Assembly: GCA_030591525.1 (NCBI GenBank)
Contig: JAUVAV010000011.1
Coordinates: forward strand, 309 to 64,308
DNA length: 64,000 nt
Source: a candidate division FCPU426 bacterium
GTDB taxonomy: Bacteria > Oederibacteriota > JAAXVQ01 > JAUVAV01
Direction of reading: 5' to 3'
The notes under the pieces were generated by a model. The model was not told the origin of the DNA, made no database searches, and worked only from the letters and a program-made list of their open reading frames with translations. Positions 1 to 9,054 of the stretch are shown here, piece after piece. The translations under genes and the position numbers were made by a program. The first letter of the stretch is position 1, and each line of letters starts with the position of its first letter.

Positions 1-3000
1 AACGGTTCCGGGCATGGGACCGAGTTTGACAAGGAGACGCTGACCCCGGTATCGCAGGTGTTGAAGATTAGTCCATACTTGACAGCCGAACTGCAGGCCG
101 TGGCTGCTGAATTTGGCGCTGACATTGCGCAGCATGGCACCTCGGGAAGCGATGATGCGGAGCTGACGGACTTGTCCAAGGCAGGGGTTATCAAGTTCAA
201 CATTGCAACCAATTACCAGCAGCTCATATTGAATGTGCTGGCCTTGGTGGATAGCGGATTGCAAGGCAGAGCGCTGATGGCTGAAGTTATTGCCGACGCG
301 CCGGCCCTGATGAGCGGGCTGCATGAGGGCACGCGGGAGAAGATCCAGAGTCTGGCCAAGACGTTTAAAGCCAATCCCGCGGCAGCCGAAGAAAAAGCGA
401 CTGACAGCCTGTTCGTGAAGTTCATGAAGAAGACATTTGCTTGGGGTGTGAAGAAAGGCAAGATCAAGGAGAGCTCGGAAAAGGGCGATATCGGCAAAGT
501 ACTGGCCAAGGAGTTTAAGCGGGTATTTGGAGCCATGAATGAGGGTCTGCGCGCACTGGCATTCGGTAAATCAGAAGCTTCCATGGATTTATCCCGAGCC
601 AAAGTTAAAACCTCAGTCGTCCAGACGGGCGGAGCGGATACGCTAAAAGTAATTGTTACCTTGGCCAGTGGAGCCACGGGTCATTTCGTCGTCCCGGCGG
701 GAACTTCCACGGGCGAAGATGAGGCCAAGACTGTTCCGGTTCCCGAGTCCATTGAGAATGTGGCTAAAATACACGAAAGAGTAGTTGCAGCAGGTCTGAG
801 AGCCGATCAAGTTGTGGAAATCGGCCAATTGATTTTGAAAATGCAGGAAGAAGAGGAACTGGGCGCGCAGGCTACTCTGGGTTACCAGATGGCAGCAGCC
901 TGGGCCGCGGCCAGTGAGATGGGTATAGCGCCTTATGAATTCATTCGCCAACTGGTTCCGGATATCGCGTCCCACGGTGCTCTGAAGACCGTGATACAGC
1001 ATAACATCACGAATGGCGGCGAGCACGCGGACAACAGTCTGGATATGCAGGAGTTTATGATTGTTCCGGTGGGTAAAACCATAGCGGACAATAATGCAAT
1101 GTGCCTAAGGATTGATAAAGAACTCGGCGGAATTTATATTGCCCTGGGATTGCAAGCCAAGACGGATGATCAGGGAGTAGGAGAACTGCGCGGTAAAGAA
1201 GGCGGTTATAAAATTCCGAATCTGACTACAGAGAAGCTGCAGGAAATTTATGCTTCCATAGAAAACTATAATATTAACAATCTTGATTTAAAGCAGCTAA
1301 AGCGGGAGGGAGTCGGTGTTCATGAGTTTGTGTTAAATTGTAAGATCGCTGCTATTAAAAACGCGGGGTACACGCCTTCGACATCAAAAGAACCAGGCAC
1401 TGCCTCTCTGGCTTTGGATGCTGCTGCTACTTCCATGTTAGTTAAAGACACGGATGATAAATATCATTACGAAGGCCGTGAGATTTCATCAGAAAAATTG
1501 GTTGAGATCTATGCCGGATGGGTCAAAAAATATCCGATTGACTCGATTGAGGATGGTCTGGGTGAAAATGATTGGGACGGCTGGATGAATTTGATTGAGA
1601 GAGTCGGAGACAAGGTTCTGCTGATCGGTGATGATAATTTGGTCACGCAGGCCGGCCGATTAACTTATTTCATAGAATTGATGGATGGAAAAGGCTTTAT
1701 TAAAAACGGCAAAGTGACTAAGAAAATCGGTATTCTGATCAAACTGAATCAAAACGGATTCTTAACCACTGGCTACAATGATCCCAAAGACGGTTATCTT
1801 GGAACCTTGGAAGTCATCCGCTTGGCCAGGAGTTACGGAATCGAAGTAATTGTCTCACACCGGTCAAAAGAAGCTGAACCTGAAGAAAATGAAGTATCCA
1901 TTGCTGAACTGGCGGCCGGGGTTAATGCCTATGCTTTAAAGTCGGGTGATTTTGTTCAAAAAATCCGTGCGGTCAAAGAAGCGCGATTGGCAGCGATTGA
2001 TAAAGAAATACGACAAAAAATGGAAACAACCGGCGGCGGTCACATAATTATGAGTTCATTATTAGCCCCCGCGCTGGGACTGGGAGCAGTGCTTGGTTTA
2101 ATTGACATAGTTTCCGGCCAGCCGACCACCGGTCAGGTGGCAACGGCAGCGCCTGAGTTGACGGAAATTCTGACCAGTACTGGGATAGTGCCTGCGATTT
2201 TGGGGCTGGTGGTTGTGCTCGGAATTACGTCGGCAGTTTGGCTTAGAAGCAAGCTGCGACCCGCGGCAACAGCAACTTTGGAAGCGGAGCCAGTGTCATC
2301 CCAAACTGCGCCAACAACAGAAACTTTACCGACGCTGGATACCGAAGGTCTTATTGCCGGTACTCTGGGAGTGAATGAGCCATATATGATAGAGATTTGG
2401 GGAGGCTTTAAGTTCTTACATGGTGTGCATGGCGACATGATAAAACTGGGTGCTTGGGTGATGAATCGTCTGACATCTGCAAGAACAGTTAATATCGCCG
2501 CCGCAAATAATAACACGGGAATTAGGTCCTTGCTGGCCAGGGCTCTCATGGAGAAAACGAAAGAGTTCAACTATGCCGAGGGTATCTCTTTGGGTGTGAG
2601 TGCAAAGTTGCAGGGGAGTTATACGACGAATGATTTTAAAGGCATCGAAACCATCGGAATATCGGCATCTGTACTGGCCATATTAGAACAGGGACGGGGA
2701 ACAGGAAGGATAGCAGGATTGAAATACCTGGTGGCTGAGGCTCTATTGATCCATACAGTGAAGTATCAAGTTGTGGATTATAACCGGACGGTGCGCGCGC
2801 GTGAGGGTATGGCGGCGGAGTTTGTGACACAGACTGCCGATGATCTACAGGCAATCAATGCTGCGGCTATAAATGCACTTTCAGCTACTCGCTTGAGTCC
2901 TGAAGTATTGGCAAAGGCAGAAGACGGCGCAGTGACATTTACGCCGGCTATGCTGGTGGAAGCTATTACAGCCCTTACGCCGGATCGTTCCGGTCTGCAG

Positions 3001-4371
3001 GAAAAGGTACAGAGCGCGATCAACGAGGCACTGGAAACCGGAGCAGGGCTCGAAATGCAGGGCTTGCTGGAGGCATTGATGAGCGAAGAGGCTCAGAGTG
3101 TGCCAGAGCTAAAAGTTTTGGCAAGCCTGCGAGAAGATATGACAACGCCTGCCGAGAGCGCGACACTCTTGTCATCCTTGCTTGGCATGCTTAAAGGCCA
3201 AAGCGTGGACATGGCGGCTGGGAAAACTGATGAGAGCATCAAAACTGTCAATGTTATTGGCGGAATATCAGAGGCGACAGCAGATATTATGCTGAAAATG
3301 ATCGAGAATGCGAGAGATGCCGGAGCCGACACGAAGATATTGGACGCCTTGCAGAAAGCAGTCAAGGCTTCGCAGGGTCAGACTGCGGATAGTATGGCTG
3401 CCTTGCCCATAGATGCAGGCCGGTTATTGGCAAGCATTATCGAGCAGGCGAGGACGCAAACCGCGGCTGATTCATACATCGGTGAAAATGCCCAGGGATT
3501 AAAATTGCATGTCGCTGGCATTGGCTGGCGGACGGTCGAGATTATAGAAGGCGTAAACGTACAAGTGCCCGTATTAGCAGCGGCCAAGACCAAACTGCAG
3601 CAAGTAAATATTGCCGAAATGTTTGCTCAGGCTGAGCAGGGTGTGGTTTCAGAAGGTGTGCAGCTCAGCGTGTTTAGTCAGGCCGCAGCTCTGCCGGAGC
3701 AGATTACAGATTCAACCCTAACGCAAACCCTAACGCAAAAGCTATGGTCTGCGGGGCTGGCAAGCTTGAGCCGGGTCAGTATACTGCCGCAGACGGCGCG
3801 AAGTTACCTTGGATATAGAGCAATGAGGTTGGATCCGGCCGGCCAGCTGTGGAAAGTCATCGAAACCCTCCAGAGCGAGCCGGACCTGATGAAGGCGGGT
3901 ATGGTGCAAGATTTGGCTGGAATTAATAGCAAAGCCGACGCGCTGGAATTCCTCAATAAGAATACCGCGCTGTCCATTGCACTGCGTCAGATGTTCACAG
4001 CGGCTGATGCGAAAGCGTTTTACGTTGCGCAGGCCAAGGTAGGGAGTTGCCTGACCAACCGTATCAGCCCGGCGTGGGTGGGAATCACAGCCGCGCCAGT
4101 GGCTGCGGAACCTGCCATGGATATGCTCAACGCTCAGTTCTTCACCAAGTTCTTGAGTGCTTTGGGCCTGAAGATGATGGCCATCGGGCATGTGGATGCC
4201 ACTGGTATGAAGCTCGAGCTGCCGCAATCCATGATTGACGTGATTGGATTCAAGGCCAAGGTTGGTACCTTGGTGGATAAGTGGGAGAAATTGCCAACCA
4301 CCATCTACTATCATGCACTCCAGATGTTGCTGAGAAACGGTCTGCGGATGTCAGTAGAAGTTGCGGCGTAA
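1..4371 (+). CDS. 5'-truncated large modular protein (>1456 aa): class II fructose-bisphosphate aldolase C-terminal part + enolase domain + hydrophobic segments + C-terminal domain shared with ORF 40631
   Basis: Frame open from base 1 (NGSGHG...QHGTSG...GVIKFNIAT, class II aldolase motifs). Enolase motifs PAGTSTG, NGGEHADN, QEFM, GKEGG, SIEDG, GDD, IKLNQ, SHRS, KSG at ~580-2030. Two hydrophobic stretches at ~2050-2245. Ends VEVAA. Confidence 0.85.
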   Translation, partial: NGSGHGTEFDKETLTPVSQVLKISPYLTAELQAVAAEFGADIAQHGTSGSDDAELTDLSKAGVIKFNIATNYQQLILNVLALVDSGLQGRALMAEVIADAPALMSGLHEGTREKIQSLAKTFKANPAAAEEKATDSLFVKFMKKTFAWGVKKGKIKESSEKGDIGKVLAKEFKRVFGAMNEGLRALAFGKSEASMDLSRAKVKTSVVQTGGADTLKVIVTLASGATGHFVVPAGTSTGEDEAKTVPVPESIENVAKIHERVVAAGLRADQVVEIGQLILKMQEEEELGAQATLGYQMAAAWAAASEMGIAPYEFIRQLVPDIASHGALKTVIQHNITNGGEHADNSLDMQEFMIVPVGKTIADNNAMCLRIDKELGGIYIALGLQAKTDDQGVGELRGKEGGYKIPNLTTEKLQEIYASIENYNINNLDLKQLKREGVGVHEFVLNCKIAAIKNAGYTPSTSKEPGTASLALDAAATSMLVKDTDDKYHYEGREISSEKLVEIYAGWVKKYPIDSIEDGLGENDWDGWMNLIERVGDKVLLIGDDNLVTQAGRLTYFIELMDGKGFIKNGKVTKKIGILIKLNQNGFLTTGYNDPKDGYLGTLEVIRLARSYGIEVIVSHRSKEAEPEENEVSIAELAAGVNAYALKSGDFVQKIRAVKEARLAAIDKEIRQKMETTGGGHIIMSSLLAPALGLGAVLGLIDIVSGQPTTGQVATAAPELTEILTSTGIVPAILGLVVVLGITSAVWLRSKLRPAATATLEAEPVSSQTAPTTETLPTLDTEGLIAGTLGVNEPYMIEIWGGFKFLHGVHGDMIKLGAWVMNRLTSARTVNIAAANNNTGIRSLLARALMEKTKEFNYAEGISLGVSAKLQGSYTTNDFKGIETIGISASVLAILEQGRGTGRIAGLKYLVAEALLIHTVKYQVVDYNRTVRAREGMAAEFVTQTADDLQAINAAAINALSATRLSPEVLAKAEDGAVTFTPAMLVEAITALTPDRSGLQEKVQSAINEALETGAGLEMQGLLEALMSEEAQSVPELKVLASLREDMTTPAESATLLSSLLGMLKGQSVDMAAGKTDESIKTVNVIGGISEATADIMLKMIENARDAGADTKILDALQKAVKASQGQTADSMAALPIDAGRLLASIIEQARTQTAADSYIGENAQGLKLHVAGIGWRTVEIIEGVNVQVPVLAAAKTKLQQVNIAEMFAQAEQGVVSEGVQLSVFSQAAALPEQITDSTLTQTLTQKLWSAGLASLSRVSILPQTARSYLGYRAMRLDPAGQLWKVIETLQSEPDLMKAGMVQDLAGINSKADALEFLNKNTALSIALRQMFTAADAKAFYVAQAKVGSCLTNRISPAWVGITAAPVAAEPAMDMLNAQFFTKFLSALGLKMMAIGHVDATGMKLELPQSMIDVIGFKAKVGTLVDKWEKLPTTIYYHALQMLLRNGLRMSVEVAA

Positions 4372-4390
4372 TTACTCAAGGCCACGGCGG

Positions 4391-4789
4391 GTAGGGGCGA
4401 CGCATGCGTCGCCCCTACAATAAATTCAAAATACCTTTGCATTTGTAGGGGCAACCCCCTGTGGTTGCCCATCTGTGTGACGCAAAATTCCCGGGCGGGT
4501 TTGGAATCCGCCCCTACGAAAACCAACATACCTAATTTATGCAAACCGTAGGGGCAACCCCCAGTGGTTGCCCATCCGTGTGACGCAAAATCCCCAGGCG
4601 GGCACGGGGGCCCGCCCCTACAAAAATCCAACCTACCTAATTTATGCAACCGTAGGGGCCGGCTTCCATAGCTGGCCCTTGGATTTAAAACCACGCAAAT
4701 CATACAAAGGGCGGGTTTGGAACCCGCCCCTACGAAAACTAACATACCTAATTTATGCAAACCGTAGGGGCAACCCCCTGTGGTTGCCC
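4391..4789. repeat. Tandem array of GTAG-type REP palindromes/REP doublets (REPIN/BIME-like)
   Basis: Perfect 28-bp palindrome at 4391-4418. Doublets GTAGGGGC...GCCCCTAC at 4445-4517, 4548-4621 and 4652-4733, and a half unit at 4764-4789, separated by a conserved linker containing tacctaatttatgcaa. Confidence 0.85.
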
Positions 4790-4815
4790 ATCCCCCCCCT
4801 CAACATAAAAAAATA

Positions 4816-4860
4816 TTGACAAATAATTAGGACTATCATATAAAATTAGGCGAGGCATAA
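4816..4860 (+). promoter_or_regulatory. sigma70 promoter of regulator-feoB with candidate DtxR-family operator
   Basis: TTGACA (4816)-17 bp-TATAAA (4839). TTAGG-cgagg-CATAA at 4846-4860 resembles TTAGG..CCTAA boxes. Confidence 0.6.
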
Positions 4861-4884
4861 AAACGAATAGAAGAGGTGGTACTT

Positions 4885-5340
4885 ATGGCGCAGTCAAAGA
4901 CCTGGCGGAAATTGAGCTCCAGTCTGGAGGATTATCTGGAAGCGCTTTTCCATATTGTTGCGGTGAAACGCGCGGCCAAGGCCAAGGATCTGGCTTCTCG
5001 TCTAAAGGTTAAGGCGGCCTCGGTAACCGGGGCTTTGCATTTACTGGCCGCGAAAAAGCTGATTAATTACGCGCCTTATGATGTGATTACTTTGACTCCC
5101 AAGGGCGAGGAAATGGCAAGGGATGTAATCCGTCGTCACAGCGCGCTGAAAGATTTTTTTGTTAAAGTCCTGAAAATTCCGGAATCGGAAGCTGACGAAT
5201 CAGCCTGTAGAATGGAACACGGTATATCTCCGGTTATTTTAAAGCGGTTGGTTCAATTTATGGGGTTTGTGGAACATAACCCCTCCCAGAGTAAGGCTTG
5301 GATTGAAAAATTCGAGGTATTTTGCGGGAAGAAAAAATAG
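4885..5340 (+). CDS. DtxR/MntR-family metal-dependent repressor
   Basis: SLEDYLEAL, HTH (AKDLASRLKVKAASVTGAL), LTPKG, RRH, ACRMEHGIS motifs. No C-terminal FeoA/SH3 domain. Confidence 0.92.
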   Translation: MAQSKTWRKLSSSLEDYLEALFHIVAVKRAAKAKDLASRLKVKAASVTGALHLLAAKKLINYAPYDVITLTPKGEEMARDVIRRHSALKDFFVKVLKIPESEADESACRMEHGISPVILKRLVQFMGFVEHNPSQSKAWIEKFEVFCGKKK

Positions 5341-5366
5341 ATTACATATTTACTCGAGGTGTTTAT

Positions 5367-7499
5367 ATGAAAAAGAAAATTACTATTGCCCTGGCGGGTA
5401 ATCCGAATTCGGGCAAAACCACTATTTTTAACAATTTGACTGGAAGCCGGCAGCATGTGGGGAATTATCCGGGCGTAACGGTTGAAATAAAAGAAGGAAC
5501 CTGCCAATGTCAGGATACTGAGATTAGAGTGGTTGACCTTCCCGGGACCTATAGCCTGACCGCCAACTCACTCGATGAATTGGCGGCCAGAAACTATATT
5601 GTTCGGGAAAAGCCCGATGTAGTAGTGAATATTCTGGATTCCTGCACCCTGGAGCGGAATTTATACTTAACCACGCAAATCATGGAATTAGGGGTACCCC
5701 TGGTTCTGGTTTTTAACATGAGCGATGAAGCTAAATGCCGGGGCCTGGAATTTGATATAGACCAGCTCTCAAAATTGCTGGGGGCTCCCATTGTCAGAAG
5801 TGTGGGAAATAAAGGGGAAGGCACCAAGGAACTGGTGGAGGCGGTCCTGGCTGTTGCGGCTCAGCCCCAGGGCCGGGAAGATATAAAAATTAATTATGGC
5901 CGGGATATTGAGAAAGAACTGGCTAAAATACAAAAACTGGTGGAAAGAGGAATGGGCCAAGATCGGCCAGAGTCGGTTCGCTGGCTGGCCATCAAGCTTC
6001 TGGAAAAGGACAAGGAAGTAAGCCGGCAGATTACTTCGCCGGAATTGCAGTCGGCCGTGGAACGGAGCGCGGAGCATTTGAAAAAATTGCTCGGAGATCA
6101 TCCGGAAAATCTGATCGCAGACCGGAGATACGGCTTTATCTCCGGCGCCTGCCAGGAAGCCGTGCAGAGTTCGGCAGAGATCCGGCACGAATTGTCGGAT
6201 AAAATCGATACGGTTCTTATCAATCGTTTTTTAGGTTTCCCGATATTTTTGGGTTTAATGTTTCTGGTTTTCCATTTCACATTTACCCTGGGCAATCCGG
6301 CCATGGAATTGGTGGAAGCTATGTTCGGATGGATGGGAAAGGTGATAACCGGCTGGTGGCCCGTGGGAACGGAGAGCTGGGTCCAGTCACTGCTGGTGGA
6401 CGGCATTATCGGCGGAGTGGGCGGAGTGGTGATATTTCTGCCGAATATTATCTTTTTATTTTTAGCCATCGCGCTCCTGGAAGATACGGGCTATATGGCG
6501 CGGGCCGCCTTTATCATGGATCGCTTAATGCACAAGATCGGTCTTCACGGAAAAAGCTTTATCCCCATGATGATCGGGCTGGGCTGTTCGATTCCGGCCA
6601 TTATGGCTACCCGTACCCTGGCGGGCCGGCAGGACCGTCTCACTACCATGATGGTTGTCCCCTTGATGAGCTGCGGCGCCAGACTTCCGATTTATACGTT
6701 GATTGCGCCGGCTTTCTTTCCGCAAGTCTGGCAGGCGCCCGTGGTCATGATTATGTATCTAACCGGCGCGCTATTAGCCATTATTGGCGCCAAGGTTCTC
6801 AGGTTCACGGTATTCAAAGGTGAATCAACCCCCTTTGTGATGGAACTTCCGCCGTACCGGGTCCCGACTATGAAAAGCCTGTTTAATCATACCTGGGAGC
6901 GGGCCTGGATGTATCTTAAAAAGGCCGGTACTGTTATCCTGGCCATTTCCATAGCGCTCTGGGTATTAACCAGCTATCCTAAAAAACCGGACTCGAAAGA
7001 AGTGCCGAATAACCCGGTTGTTAATACGCTTGAGAAAAGCGCAATAACAAGCGAAGATTCTATCCTGGAAAAACAGCATCAGTCTCAGGCCGAAGATTTA
7101 GCCTATTCTTTTGCCGGGCGCATAGGTCATCTGCTCGAGCCTTTGCTGAAACCCATGGGATTTGACTGGAGGATCGGTACGGCCTTGATGGGCGCGTTTG
7201 CGGCCAAGGAGGTTTTTGTGGCCCAGATGGGCATTGTTTTTGCCGTGGGCGAGGCGGATGAGGAATCTGATACCCTGCGGGAGAAACTTCAGCGGAATTA
7301 CACTCCGCTGGTGGGGATTTGCATCATGCTTTTTTGCCTGATTTCAGCCCCGTGTATGGCTACTATAGCAGTTACCTGGCAGGAGAGCGGTTCCTGGAAA
7401 TGGGCGCTCTTTCAGCTGGGCGGGCTCACGCTTCTGGCTTACGTGTTGACTTTGATGGTGTATCAGACCGGAATTCTTCTGGGGTTCGGAAGCGGGTAG
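5367..7499 (+). CDS. feoB: Ferrous iron transporter FeoB
   Basis: GNPNSGKT, VGNYPGVTV, DLPG, NMSD GTPase motifs. LEDTGYMAR, ELPPYR, AKEV, CMAT membrane motifs. ATG 5367 follows GAGGT. Confidence 0.97.
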   Translation: MKKKITIALAGNPNSGKTTIFNNLTGSRQHVGNYPGVTVEIKEGTCQCQDTEIRVVDLPGTYSLTANSLDELAARNYIVREKPDVVVNILDSCTLERNLYLTTQIMELGVPLVLVFNMSDEAKCRGLEFDIDQLSKLLGAPIVRSVGNKGEGTKELVEAVLAVAAQPQGREDIKINYGRDIEKELAKIQKLVERGMGQDRPESVRWLAIKLLEKDKEVSRQITSPELQSAVERSAEHLKKLLGDHPENLIADRRYGFISGACQEAVQSSAEIRHELSDKIDTVLINRFLGFPIFLGLMFLVFHFTFTLGNPAMELVEAMFGWMGKVITGWWPVGTESWVQSLLVDGIIGGVGGVVIFLPNIIFLFLAIALLEDTGYMARAAFIMDRLMHKIGLHGKSFIPMMIGLGCSIPAIMATRTLAGRQDRLTTMMVVPLMSCGARLPIYTLIAPAFFPQVWQAPVVMIMYLTGALLAIIGAKVLRFTVFKGESTPFVMELPPYRVPTMKSLFNHTWERAWMYLKKAGTVILAISIALWVLTSYPKKPDSKEVPNNPVVNTLEKSAITSEDSILEKQHQSQAEDLAYSFAGRIGHLLEPLLKPMGFDWRIGTALMGAFAAKEVFVAQMGIVFAVGEADEESDTLREKLQRNYTPLVGICIMLFCLISAPCMATIAVTWQESGSWKWALFQLGGLTLLAYVLTLMVYQTGILLGFGSG

Positions 7500-7547
7500 A
7501 AAGTGGCAAAGACTGGATTCGCTAAGGTGGTCTAAGTTCATTCAGTT

Positions 7548-7575
7548 GTAGGGGCGTTTAATTAAACGCCCCTAC
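7548..7575. repeat. 28-bp perfect GTAG REP palindrome
   Basis: gtaggggcgtttaattaaacgcccctac; identical copy at 30451-30478. Confidence 0.85.
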
Positions 7576-7600
7576 GCTAAGGCTTGATATTATTCATTTA

Positions 7601-7762
7601 TTGCTGTCCAAATTAATCTGGATACCGGCTTTCGCCGGTATGACAAGCTAAGGCAGAGTCTAAAAATGGTTGTCATTCCGGCATGATTTTAGCCGGAATC
7701 CAAAAAAGCATTGTAATAAAAGAAAAAATACTTCCTGGGCCCCGGCTTCCGCCGGGGTGACG
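7601..7762. repeat. TGTCATTCCG-type palindromic repeat element
   Basis: 7601-7702 is near-identical to 35948-36049. Hairpins ataccggc/gccggtat, attccggc/gccggaat and ccccggc/gccgggg. Confidence 0.75.
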
Positions 7763-7829
7763 AGCTTAACTTGCTTTTCCGCAACAGAAACGAGGAACAC
7801 TGTACCCGGGAACCGGCTTAAAGGGGGTA

Positions 7830-8783
7830 ATGGAAAACGTTATGAAAATGAAAAAAACAATATTCGGTTTATTGATTTTATCCGGTCTATGGTTCGCAGT
7901 TTATATTGTTAATGAAACCCCGTTTTTATACCGGGAATCGGAAAGATATACCCTGCCGGAAATTACCGGTTTGCAATCACCTGATGCCGCTCCGATATCA
8001 CATACTGATCCATCCCATGAAACTCTGATAATATTTTATCATGGATATAAAAAGACCCCGCATAATTTTAAAAAAATCGCTGAAATTTTGGCGGAAAAAT
8101 ACGATGTTATAGTGCCGCTTTATCCGGGACATGGAACTACAGAAGAAGATTTTAAAAAGACTAATTTCGACCAGTGGTACGCCTTGGCTAAAGACATATA
8201 TCAGGAAAACCGGAAAAAATACCGCCAGGTATATGTGGGAGGGTTATCCATGGGCGGCATGATAGCCTTGCGAATAGGCGAGGAGTATAATTCCGGGTTG
8301 GCGCCGGATGGGATAATTTCACTGGGGGCCCCGGTTTTTCTAAATGATATTATAGGGCATGGTATTTTATATGATTGGCGGCTTTATTTCAGCCGTTTCG
8401 CCGCGTGGTTTTTATCCGAGTTAAAGGAGACTATGGAAATAGTTGATAAGGATGGAGCCGAGGGGCCGGAGTATGAAGGCAAAAATTTCCCCCCGCAGGT
8501 GCATAGTATGAAGCTGGCCATGCATAGTACTAAACGGGATTTATATAAAATACAGTCGCCGCTGCTGCTGATGCATTCCAAGGGCGATAAAACCGTGCCG
8601 TTTGAAAATCTCAATTATATTGCCGGGCAGGTTTCTTCCGGCTTTATCCGGACGCGGATCTTTGATTTGAGATCCTGGAAGCATAACCGGCATATGCTGA
8701 CGCTTTATCACTCCACCCGGGAAGCGGTATTACGTGAGATAGAAGGATTTATAGAGCGGACCGCGTTTTTGAGCGGGGAATAA
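7830..8783 (+). CDS. Exported or membrane-anchored alpha/beta hydrolase (carboxylesterase/monoacylglycerol lipase-like)
   Basis: N-terminal hydrophobic segment; HGY, YPGHGT, nucleophile GLSMGG, GDKTVP, late His. Start could be 7842 or 7848. Confidence 0.85.
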   Translation: MENVMKMKKTIFGLLILSGLWFAVYIVNETPFLYRESERYTLPEITGLQSPDAAPISHTDPSHETLIIFYHGYKKTPHNFKKIAEILAEKYDVIVPLYPGHGTTEEDFKKTNFDQWYALAKDIYQENRKKYRQVYVGGLSMGGMIALRIGEEYNSGLAPDGIISLGAPVFLNDIIGHGILYDWRLYFSRFAAWFLSELKETMEIVDKDGAEGPEYEGKNFPPQVHSMKLAMHSTKRDLYKIQSPLLLMHSKGDKTVPFENLNYIAGQVSSGFIRTRIFDLRSWKHNRHMLTLYHSTREAVLREIEGFIERTAFLSGE

Positions 8784-8802
8784 GGGGCGCACGGGTAAAA
8801 GC

Positions 8803-8841
8803 TTGACATATCAGATTGATTATCGTATACTTTATCGTATG
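8803..8841 (+). promoter_or_regulatory. vapBC promoter, probably leaderless, with direct-repeat operator
   Basis: TTGACA (8803)-17 bp-TATACT (8826). ATG lies 7 bp after the -10. TTATCGTAT repeated at 8820 and 8832. Confidence 0.65.
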
Positions 8842-9054
8842 AAAGTGACGGCCCTGATCCCTAATAAAATAGTAAATGAAGTGAGGCAATATGCGGGCGG
8901 TAGTACTTTGACCGAAAGCCTTATTGTTGCTCTGAAAGAATGGCTGGCGCTTAAAAAGATAATTGCCTTAAATCGGTCGATTGAGAAGCTGCCCCTTCAA
9001 TTTAACGAAGAAACTTCCGCTTATAAGATACGCTTGCATAATCGTAAAAGATGA
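8839..9054 (+). CDS. vapB: Putative VapB-type (ribbon-helix-helix) antitoxin
   Basis: 71 aa MKVTALIP...TLTESLIVALKEWL; ATGA overlap with the downstream PIN gene. Confidence 0.75.
   Translation: MKVTALIPNKIVNEVRQYAGGSTLTESLIVALKEWLALKKIIALNRSIEKLPLQFNEETSAYKIRLHNRKR

Noticed and set aside
58-60. Start codon of ORF1 as given in the track
   Set aside because: The frame is open from base 1 and includes the aldolase GxxHG motif, so the real start lies upstream.
2707-2781. Active zincin protease in the shared block (LLIHTVKY resembles HExxH context)
   Set aside because: Neither paralog has HExxH; at most an inactive fold relative, which cannot be judged by eye.
3714-3739. 12-bp tandem duplication (TLTQTLTQ) in ORF1
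   Set aside because: Only two copies, in frame; ordinary slippage.
4391-4789. CRISPR array (30-bp constant linker with longer intervening units)
   Set aside because: The intervening units are related REP doublets, not unique spacers; the period is ~105 bp; there are no cas genes in the window.
4311-4819. ORFs 4311-4760(-) and 4568-4819(+)
   Set aside because: They are translations of the REP array; their repeated peptides mirror the DNA repeat.
7770-7829. Cobalamin riboswitch-like fragments (ccgcaac, cactg, gggaa) upstream of the esterase
   Set aside because: No supporting stems; the region abuts a repeat element.
7670-7912. 80-aa ORF; likewise the 64-aa ORF at 10576-10770
   Set aside because: Both are derived from palindromic repeats and overlap a real gene or promoter.
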